Assembly: GCF_001194135.2 (NCBI RefSeq)
Contig: NC_069000.1
Location: 24,486,259 to 24,547,275, forward strand
Reading direction: 5' to 3'
DNA: 61,017 nucleotides
Source: Octopus bimaculoides
Lineage: Eukaryota
Part shown: one piece after another, positions 25,113-35,419 of the stretch
Layout: each line of letters begins with the position of its first letter
Numbering within the stretch: position 1 is the stretch's first letter
Program-made: the position numbers and the translations under genes
Notes under the pieces: generated by a model
What the model was told of the DNA's origin: nothing
What the model saw: the letters and a program-made list of their open reading frames with translations, nothing else
Database searches by the model: none

Positions 25113-25128
25113 GTATNNNNNNNNNNNN

Positions 25129-25189
<61 letters not shown>

Positions 25190-26304
25190 TATGTACATAC
25201 ATACATATATATGTATATAGCTATGCATATATAGGTACAGGATGTCACGAAAACATAAAGAAACATGAAATACGATAATATCGTTGGGTACGCAAAAAAC
25301 GAGAGAAACGAATGGAAAACAAAGTAAGTAACATAAAAAAAAAACGACCCTTCATCAGTTGTTGGCTGTCCTTCTACTCTTTATTTCAAGCATTCAAACA
25401 ACAAGATAAGACTTTGAAAGCAGTTGCTCCCGCAAACCACAATATAAAAATTGGGGATTTGGGATTTGCAGAGGGTCAAAGTTGGTAACAAAAACAGGAC
25501 ATACAAGAAACCAAATGAAATGAATATAAACAAGGAGGGCCATTAGGCACAGTCGAGGTAAAAATGGTGAATGCTTGAAGAAGATTCTTTGATAAGAGAA
25601 AAAGAGAGGAGACAGATACAAATGCATCCGAACTGCAAAAGAGATTGAAGGAAGAGAAAAATCATGTGAGGAAAGGAAGGATGGATGATGGTTACGTGTG
25701 AGCAACGAGAGAGAGTAAAAGAGGAAGAGGGAGAGAGACAAGGATAGACAGATAGAAAAATGGTAAGGGGGAGATATATGTGTGTGTGTTAGTATATGTG
25801 CAGAAAACAGCTTCCGTCACATGCCACAGGGAAAAAACCAGAAGTAGTTGATAGCTCCTGTTACCTAGGCGACCAAGTCAGTAGCAGAGGTAGATGCTCT
25901 GAGAGTGTAGCTTGAGAAGACCCAGCAAGCCAAGTGAGACCATAACTATGCCAGTTCAGCATAACCTGGTGCAGCCTTTTGGCTTGCCAGCCCTCAGTCA
26001 AACCGTCCAACCCATGCCAGCATGGAAAGTGTTAAACGATATATATATATATATATATATGTGTATGTTTGTATGTATGTATATTGGGTGGCTTTTAAGC
26101 TAGTGTATATATATATTACACTCTCGGAGTGGTTGGCATTAGGAAGGGCATCCAGCTGTAGAAACTGCCAGATCAGATTGGAGCCTGGTGCACCCATCTG
26201 GTTCGCCACTCCTCAGTAAAATCGTCCAACTCATGCTAGCATGGAAAGTGGATGTTAAACGATGATGATGATGATGACAGGGATAAGAATCTTTTCCCTA
26301 AAAT

Positions 26305-27500
26305 CATCATCATCATTGTTTAACGTCTGCTTTCCATGCTAACATCGGTTGGACAATTTGACTGAGGACTGGCAAGCCAGAAGGCTGCACCAGGCTCCAA
26401 TCTGATCTGGCAGAGTTTCTACAGCTGGATGCCCTTCCTAACGCCAACCACTCCGAGAGTGTAGTGGGTGCTTTTACGTGCCACCGGCATGAGGGCCAGT
26501 CACATGGTACTGGCAACGGCCTCGCTCAAAAATGTGTTTTTACGTGCCACCTGCACGGGAGCCAGTCCAGAGGCACTAGCAACGACCTCGCTCGAATGAT
26601 TTTCTAACATGCTACCAGCACAAGTACTAGAAGGCGACACTGGTAACGATTATGCTCAAATGGTGCTATTTATGGACCACTAGCACGGAAGCCAAACAGC
26701 TGTTCTGGCAATGAACAGGCTCGGACAGTGCTGTTAGTGCTCCACTGGTGCAGGTGCCAGTCATCGAATATGGTTCAATTTTGATTTCGATTTCACTTGC
26801 CCCAACAGGTCTTCACAAGCAGAGTTTAGTGTCCAATGAAGAAGAGGTTGGCATGGGTGCCAGTCGTCGGATTCGGTTCGATTTCGGTTTCAGATTTCAA
26901 ATTCACTTGCCTTTGTCCAATGAAGTAAAGATATGAATAAGTGAGCTGGCTACACTTCTGGCAGAGGTCACAGCTTATGCTCTCACTTGGCTTGCCGGGT
27001 CTTCTCACGTACTGCATATTTCCAAAGGTCCCGGTCACTAGTCATGGCCTCGGTGAGGCCTAAAGTTCAAAGGTTGTGCTTCACCACCTCATCCTAGGTC
27101 TTCCTCTTCCACAGGTTCCCTCAACTGCTAGGGTGTGGCACTTTTTCACACAGCTATCCTCATCCATTCTTGCCACATGTCCATACCAGTGCAGTCGTCT
27201 CTCTTGCACACCACATCTGATGCTTCTTAGGTCTAACTTTTCTCTCAGGCTACTTACACTCTGTTGAGTATGCACACTGACATTACACATCCATCGGAAC
27301 ATACTGGCTTTGTTTCTTGCAAGCTTACGGATGTCCTCAGCAGTCACAGCCCATGTTTCACTGCCATGTAGCATGGCTGTTCGTACACATGCATCATACA
27401 GTCTGCCTTTTACTCTGAGTGAGAGACCCTTTGTCACCAGCAGAGGTAAGAGCTCTCTAAACTTTTCCCAGGCTTATTTTAGCAACTACACTTTCAGTGC
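26305..27500 (-). mobile_element. RTE LINE 3' end, including the complete 3' UTR with internal subrepeats and (GAT)n tail
   Basis: KGLSLRVKGRLYDACVRTAMLHGSETW...RGRPR continues through the stop into the UTR and the family C tail. Confidence 0.92.
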
Positions 27501-27690
27501 ACCCTCCCCTGCTACAAATTTGGTGTGTATGTATGTATATATATGTATGTATGTTCGGTTTTTTTTAAATGTCTTGCCCGCTTACGTTTTGGTATCACGC
27601 TATATTTCATGTTGAGAACAATTTAGGTCTTTTTAGACACAAGATGTGATCTATTTCTAGCACATTAAATGTCCACATTAGTGGTCAACG

Positions 27691-27767
<77 letters not shown>

Positions 27768-27884
27768 TATGCCTTCCTTTGTGTCTGTCCCTATCACCAC
27801 TTGACAACCGGCGTTGGTGTGTTTACATCCCCTAGCAATTCAGCAAAAAGGACCAATAGAATAAGTACTAAAAAAATGGTAGTG

Positions 27885-28150
27885 GACAATCCGTTTCTTC
27901 ACACTGTGTGCATGGCAGAAATGAAAGTTAAGGTACTGTCCAATGACTAGGTTCGTGAATATGGACATTGTGAATTCACATTCTGTACAAATTATTAACA
28001 CATCCAGGGGGATAACTCGATGGTTAGATTATAGAACATTGAAGAGCCCAGAAATCAGATGTTTCTTTAATAGAAAACAAAGCCAACTAGTTAAGTTTCA
28101 TTCCCAGCAACTTGAAAGCTTGTGGTCTAACAATGAGACCCATTTATTTG
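27885..28150 (-). mobile_element. Penelope-like RT C-terminal fragment
   Basis: LDVLIICTECEFTMSI...GQYLNFHFCHAHSVKKRIV resembles the PLE RT thumb region. Confidence 0.6.
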
Positions 28151-28384
28151 TTAAATAAAAGACACAACTTCGTATACATATTTAACAATTTTATCATTGA
28201 CCTCTATCTGTTCAACCCGCCCCCTCTCTCTTCCGCTGTCTATGCAATGCACATCACCAAATCATCACACATGACGGTCACTGAGCATTGTTGATTTGAT
28301 CTTAGATCTTGTACTGCCAAGGATCTGAGTTGGCGATCTTGTCCTCCAATATTAGTCTATTACATAAATATTGCAATAGATCGC

Positions 28385-28620
28385 ATTAAATTTCTTCAGA
28401 CCGCAGAGAAGAAATTAAACTGAGCTGATACAAAGGTGGATTTTGCCCGGGTCTCACGTAGTCAGCGATGGATGGCGAGCATATAATAACATCGGTATCC
28501 CCAATGGTGGTGCCTACACGCACGAAGTGATTATACACCAACATACCGCTCGTTGGATCGATATACACAAATTGAGCTTGTTTTTGTGTGTATTTCGATG
28601 TCTGATAGCAAACGACATGG
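28385..28620 (+). mobile_element. Merlin/ISXO2 (IS1595-like) transposase fragment
   Basis: LIQRWILPGSHVVSDGWRAYNNI...GAYTHEVIIH. Confidence 0.85.
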
Positions 28621-28719
28621 TGTTTTTTCCTTTGGTAATCAGACATGATGTTAATCAAAAGGCAGACATTTAAATTTATAAAAATAAAAGTAAAAATAAG
28701 AATATAAACAAAGCTAAGC

Positions 28720-29200
28720 AATGAGAACGTTTGTGGCTGGATACGTTGTGTGTGTACACACACATGGTGGGTGTAATATAGTAAAGACTTCGAAGAGCCG
28801 GTTACCTCTGGAGCCACTTAATAGTAGGAAATGAAGCACTTCCACTTAGAATAAAACTAGTATCACAACTTCCGATCAGTCTTCCTTGCGAAAAAGAGAG
28901 TTTTTTTTTTTAATGCTTGAAATGAAAGAAAGAGAACAGTGTACTGACACGACAAGCGTGTTCCGTATTTATGCCGATTTCAAACTTAAAATCACGCGAC
29001 AAGGAATTGAAAACAGATCGCCCGAAAAACTAACCGCTACGCTACGGTGCCTGATATGTGCCATTACAAAAATATTAAACATGTTTAAGAAATATCATCA
29101 ACCGAGCTAAGTCGGTCACCTCACTTACTATGCCTGCCATTGGGATCGGTGTCGCCTGATAGATGTTTCTTGTCAATGATTTATCCGACTATACAATGTA
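28720..29200. promoter_or_regulatory. CpG-retaining island with promoter-like motifs inside the NCKIPSD intron
   Basis: About 20 CpG in ~480 bp, against about 3 in 29500-30100. ACTTCCG/CACTTCC (ETS-like) and TCACGCGA motifs. Confidence 0.4.
29129..29188 (-). CDS. NCKIPSD: Candidate 60-nt symmetric exon SDKSLTRNIYQATPIPMAGI (cassette or alternative first exon)
   Basis: TAG acceptor (weak pyrimidine tract), perfect GTAAGT donor, open in phase 0 like both flanking exons. No homology support. Confidence 0.4.
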
Positions 29201-30159
29201 TATTTAGTCTTTATTGTCTGCTAATCTTGTGTGACAATACTTCAATACTGACACGCTGGGTTTATAAACACACAAGTGGGAATCCAGTTCAGTGTGTGCT
29301 TAACAGGTTGTTCTACCCACAATTACCTGCTTACCACTTACAAGGTGAGTATCCAGTTTGGTTTGTGTTTTTTAGTAGGGTAGCTGTACCCCAATTACCT
29401 GCTTACTACAGATGTTTAGTGTTTTTACTTAACCTAAAGAAATTCCAAAGCTAACATAAAGCTACTCAACACTATGTTGTTCTTGTTTGGTCCCAGGTGA
29501 GCCCTGCTCAAGCAGACTTAGAAAATAAAAGGTAATCTAGTCATGACCATATTGTCTGTTATTCATCCGTTTGGTGTATCTAGGGCTACACTACTCAATA
29601 TGTCACCTTTTAAATCGATAAGGTAGGGTATGGTCTGAGAGAGATTTGGCTGCTGTTTTGGTAGATCTAGCGACTGCATGAGGGCTCTTTTGTTATTTAA
29701 CTACTAGGTTGTCCCTGATGAAGCACATCTATGATGAAAGGCATTCCAGCCATGACCATCCCATCTTGTTAGGAGTATGTAGGATTACATTATGTAATGT
29801 GCCATGTCCTTATACAAGGAAGAAGAGAGTGATTCAAAAGAGAATTGACTATTATTTCTACCAGAGCTAATGATCCTAGTATAGAGGATTACTTGATGAT
29901 TTTGTTGGTGAAAATGGGAGACTGAGTAGACACCTCTCACTTGCAGTGTCTTTTCAATATTCCTGCATTTAAAAAATAACTAGAAAGGAATTAATTAATA
30001 TTATTACTGTCTTTCTTCATCCTATTGTTCTGTTTCCTCCACCACACTCACTCATGCTCTCTCCCCTTTTGTCTTCTGGCCATCACTTCTAAATAAACTG
30101 TCCACCATGTTGCCCTTGATGAATAGAAATTATGTATGGAGGGCACTTAAGTTTTGGAG

Positions 30160-30400
30160 AAGACAAGGCAATTTCTCTTGTGTTGCTGCCACAATAAGAG
30201 GCACCCTTTGAAAGCCTATTACTCTGACAAGTTTATCTCCAGCATTCTTGGGACCATATCCCTGCTCACCGCTATCGGGATAGAGGTTACTGTCTGCAAG
30301 TGTGAGCCCTGTGACTCAGAGTGGCTGTTCCAGCACATCTCCCTCGCTATCCTTCGGGGCAACACCTTTCCCATTTTGTCTGCTGGTACCATGAGGCAAG
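30160..30400 (+). mobile_element. CRE-clade (RLE-bearing) LINE C-terminal fragment
   Basis: [26 protein letters not shown] matches the QR(L/I)S.A..RGNA motif that ends CRE-type ORFs (recalled). Confidence 0.7.
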
Positions 30401-30689
30401 ATTCTCACATATATATATATATATATATATATACCAATATATGTACATATACATATATATATATGCATATATATATGCATATACATATATATATAAATAT
30501 ATACATATATATATATATAAATATATACATATATATATATATAAATATATACACATATATATAGATATATATATATACATACATACATACATATAGATAT
30601 ATATATATACATACATACATACATACATACATATACATATACATATATATACATATATAAGGAATGCGATTAGGACTGTGATTAGTTTC

Positions 30690-31450
30690 CCTCTGACAAT
30701 TCGTTCCATGACTTTGCTGATGTGTGAAGTCAGAGAGATAGGCCTATAGTTTTTGGCATCTGCTCTTTATGGATTGGGCATATTATTCTCTGCTTCAACT
30801 TGCTTGACAGTCTGCCATTTGCAAGAAAGCTCTGGAAGAGAATCTGGAGGGGTTTTGCCAGGGCATGCTTACACGATATGAGGAGGATTGCTGGGAAACC
30901 ATCAGGACCAGTAGTTGAGTTTGTGTCCACTTCATCTATGGCTAGTAGTACATATTCTTCACTATTGTTGATGTATTCCATCCTAACTGCCTCACTGGTT
31001 ATAGTTGAGGCGGCAAAGAAGTCCACTGGTTTGTTCACTTCTCTGTGTTCCAACGGAATGGTAAAGACACTTTTGAACTGGTCATTCAGTACCTCACTGA
31101 TCCAAGTTGGACTGTCTGTGAGGGAGCCATCCTTTTGGAAGAGGGATCCTATCTTGCAGTGTACTGAGGCTGTTTCTGTCGTGTAATGAAAGAAGGCCTT
31201 TGGGTTTGACTTAATGTTTTTTATAACCCAGGCTTCTTTGTCTGCTCTCTCCCTCACATAGGATTGTTGCAGCCTTTTTTCAGTCTCCATCAGTGTTGTT
31301 TTTAGGCAGGACCTTTTGCTACTTTTGGGATGTTGGTTGAGTCGATTTGCAACCTTTGTCTGTCATCTCATGAGGATCTTCCTCTCCCTTGAAATCTTGT
31401 TCCTATTTGTTTTGGCCTTGTGCTCTGGGACATATTTCTGGCATACATTT
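30690..31450 (-). mobile_element. CR1/L2-group LINE fragment (tether to start of RT)
   Basis: IKSNPKAFFHY, LNDQFKSVFT, TGPDGFPAILL..CKHALAKPL and the RPISL...SKVMERIV region. Confidence 0.9.
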
Positions 31451-31939
31451 TGTCATTTTAACAGTTTAAATACACATTCTGTCCTATTTATTCTATAATT
31501 TTATAATTACGCCATATTTTCACACAATACATTTCTTATAAACGCTAAGTTCTTCATATTACGTTTGAAATTTTAGTTTAACAGAAATTCTTTGATAAGA
31601 TAAGTTATGTTTTTATTTTAAGTAATGTTGTTAAATATTTTTCAATTATTTATTGTTAAAACAAGTATTATTCTATATTTATTTGATATTTTATTATAAG
31701 ATTAGATATGTACATTGATATATTATTATTTCTATTATTCTTATGATTTATTTTAGACCTGACGAGTGACTATAATTTTAGATCAAATTGAATTTATTTT
31801 AAATATAGCCACGAAACGCACGTAATCTTTTAATGTTATTTGCTATTTATTGATTGTGTAATTTGTTGATTTTTGGAATGCAGTTTTTGTGGTATATTTG
31901 TTTTTCATTGTTGAATTTGTTAATAGTTGGTTTTTCTCT

Positions 31940-32103
<164 letters not shown>

Positions 32104-32136
32104 CATATATATATACATATACATATAAATATATAT

Positions 32137-32625
32137 GGTTCCGAAGGTTGTCACAGCTGGGGTGGTAATAGGGATAAATGCCCACTATCTACAAAATACT
32201 CCCACATGGCGTTCGTCTCAAAAAGCCTCTGACATCCAAAGTCCAACTCCTGGCCTGTTCGTGGCGGCACTGCTTCTACAGACAGAAGAAGGGGCAAAAG
32301 CGGGTCTCTGGCACCTTAAAACCAAATGCTTCAGGTAGATCTGCAAGATGTCCGTGACGCCAGGAAAACAGCTGTCATCAACGACGAGCTCAAAAGACTG
32401 AATATCGGCATTGCCACCCTGCAAGAAACATCGCTAGTTGGTGCAGGCACATTGAAGGAGAAGGACTACACATTCTTCTGGCAAGGGAAGAACTTTGATG
32501 AGCCCAGAGAGCATGGAGTGGGCTTTGCAGTAAGGAACAGCTTGCTGAATATGATAGAACCAAACAGCGGCGGCTCTGAGCGACTCCTAACACTCCGCCT
32601 TAACACCACCGAAGATTTGAATTCT
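32137..32625 (+). mobile_element. RTE LINE 5' end (5' UTR fused by deletion to the APE endonuclease N-terminus)
   Basis: ELKRLNIGIATLQET...YTFFWQGK...EHGVGFAVR...SERLLTLRL. Confidence 0.9.
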
Positions 32626-33404
32626 GAGAGAAGAGATTGGGAATGATGACTGCAAAAACAATCTAACACTCCCATGACTGCCAATTGACTGCCTATAAGA
32701 CTGTGCTAGAAAAGATTAAATCTATAGGATTACAAGACCCCTCTTCTCCATTGTTGATAGAGCAGGCAACACTTGAAACTCTGAAATCTCAAAAATCTAC
32801 AATTTTGTAAAGATATTTTAATAGCTATACTTACAAATTATGTTGTTTGCTGTGTATTTAGAGGTTTAACTGTACATATATTTTTCACACATACATATAA
32901 TTATATGTAAAAAAAAGTAGTGCAAAAGGGTCTTCTGAAATTAGGTCTCACAGAGGAGATTGCAAGGGACCAAAACTTCTGGCAGTTTGCTGTGGTTGAG
33001 AAGACATGTCAAGCTAAGTAAAAGTCATAGCTGTCCATGCATACAGGTATGTCTTCTATATCCCTCTCTCAGCTGAGAGATCCTAATCTTGCTGTCTCAT
33101 GGGTTCTGGTGCCACGTAAAAGTGTCTGTGCTGGTGTCACATAAAAGTAACCATGCTAGTGCCACGTAAAAGTGCCTGGGCCAGTACCACATTAAAAGCA
33201 CTCAGTACACTCTGTAAAGTGGTTGGTGTTGGGAAGGACATTCAGCTGTAGAAACCATGGCAAAACAGACATGAAACCCAGGCCAGCACCTGTCAAACTG
33301 TTTAACCCCTGCCAGCATGGAAAACAGATGTTAAACGATGATGATATATACCAGGTTGAGTGAAAATTTTTGTCACTGAACATTTTGGCAACTTATATTT
33401 CCTT

Positions 33405-33869
33405 ACATTAATTTACATTATCTACATTTGACGGATATTTGTCCTCATCTTGTTTGTTGTTAACACAACATTTCGGCTGATATACCCTCCAGCCTTCATC
33501 AGGTGTCATAGGGAAATTTCAAACCTGGGTTCTCATTCCTAAGGTATTTTTAGATGTTATTATTATTACTATTATTATTCAGGTCACTGCTTGGAATCAA
33601 ACTCAGAATCTTGGGGTTGGTAGCCCGCACTCTTAACCCCAAGATTCTGAGTTCAATTCCAAGCAGTGACCTGAATAATAATAATAACAACAACAACAAC
33701 AACAACATCGAAAAATACCTTAGGAATGAGAACCTATGATCGAAATTTCCCCAAGACATCAGATGAAGGCTGGAGGGTATATCAGCCAAAACGTGTTAAC
33801 AACAAACAAGATGAGGACAAATATCCGTCAAATGTAAATAATTCCTCATCTCTTAAATATAGTACTGTA
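33405..33869. mobile_element. Palindromic tRNA-headed, hammerhead-motif-bearing retroelement insertion with a 12-bp TSD
   Basis: ~200-bp inverted arms (33418-33618 and 33635-33841) around a 16-nt spacer. TTATATTTCCTT at 33393-33404 and 33870-33881. B-box-like GAGTT(T/C)(G/A)ATTCC in each arm. Confidence 0.85.
33462..33507 (-). ncRNA. Minimal type-I hammerhead ribozyme-like motif
   Basis: GACAC CTGATGA A GGCTG gagggtatat CAGCC GAA ATGT T GTGTT. Stems I and II pair and the core is intact. Activity is untested. Confidence 0.6.
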
Positions 33870-35419
33870 TTATATTTCCTTGTTATATCATTAATTTGAT
33901 ACAACTTGTCCAATTATTGCTGAATTGTTTATTTTTTATTTTCATACATCATAACATACAAACATTGTTTATTCTTTATTACATAATTTCAATGAGTGGT
34001 GAAAAGTTGTAATGAGAGTAATTTTATGCTACCTGTGGAAAAAAGGACCAAGTGCAAGGGCAGCAGCAAAAGAAATGTGGAAGACCCAAGAACTGTCAAC
34101 GAATGTGCGGCAGAAAACTGTTTCAGACATTTCAAGGAAGGTGGCACCAGCCTTGAAGAAAACACCAAGGTCAGGGAGACCTCTTGTGGGAGATGAAGCC
34201 TTGCTTGAAATGGCTAAACAACAATCAAGCACAAGCACCATCAACTTCATAAGATTGACCTTGGGAACAGACACTGTTGAGAAGCTCTTTACGAACTAAC
34301 CAATGATGTGTGACTATTTACAAAAGACTACTAGCAAATCCTTGAGATGCCTGCTTTTGGCATTGAATTGTAACTAGGGATGAAAAACGGATCTATTTTC
34401 ATAATCCTGATAAAAGAAATCAGTGGCTTCAGAACCTGCTGTCAAACAAGGGCAGTTTGAACAGAAGGTCATGTTGTGTATTAGGTAGAATTATGAGGGA
34501 TTGTTGCACTTTGAGCTTGTCTCAGATAGTTATGCTGTGAATGCTCACCAATCATCATGAGTATATGAAGCTTTGAAAGCCTACTACCCAGCAATAGTCA
34601 GCTGGAGATGCACACTCCTGAGGGGCTGGAAGTGTTGCCTCACTCTGCCATCAGTCCAGACTTTGCACCATCAGATTACCACCTGCCTTATTTCCAGCAT
34701 GGATAAAGGTTTAACAATGTGGATGAGATTCAAAATGGATGTACAGAGTTTTTTTTTGCCTCTGGTATAAGTGTGAAACTGAGCATCTAGCACAGTAATG
34801 GCAACAGACAATAGAATATGATGAATAAACACTTTTTGTATATAATTTGTTTGAAATGTTAAAAAGATTTTTGACTCAACCTGGTAAGCAGAAATGTTTG
34901 AATTTACAATGGAAGATAAGAGTACTCAATACATCAAGTTTACACACATATGCCTGTATGTATATGTGTGTGTATGTATGCATATATGTATATGAGTGCA
35001 TAAGTGTGTGTGTGTGTGTGTGTGTATGTGTCCTTGCCTTGACATTGTGTAATAGCTATAATTAATAATCACTGTCATACAGTTATTGTCATTTATTTCC
35101 AATATTCTGTGAGAACATAGCTGGCCATGGAGAAATATTAACCTTGATTGGAAACAGGGAAACCGATGAGGGTTAGTGACAGGAAGGGCATCTGTTAGTA
35201 TAGAATCTACTTCAGTAAGCTCAGTCCAAGTCATTCAAGCATGGAAAACTGGACAGTGAGATGATGATGATAATAAATATAGGATATCTTTGATGTAAAC
35301 ATCCTATTAATCTCAGCTGTGATGATGGTTGACAATGATTGCATTATTATATCATAAAAGCTCTGTTAATGATGATGATGATGATGATGATTTTCATGGA
35401 AGCTGAAACCACATCTTAC

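Larger units (their letters stand above)
33351..34884 (+). mobile_element. Mariner (DD34D-type) element with both TIRs and TA TSD, hosting the palindromic insertion
   Basis: TA|CCAGGTTGAGT ... GACTCAACCTGG|TA ends. FRHFKEG.TSLE..PRSGRP, IVTRDEK and SPDFAPSDYHL motifs. Confidence 0.9.

Noticed and set aside
33570-33670. tRNA-like sequences here and at SINE heads (e.g. 10040-10088, 46095-46160)
   Set aside because: Only partial A/B boxes are present, there is no complete cloverleaf, and they are embedded in repeats. Not tRNA genes.
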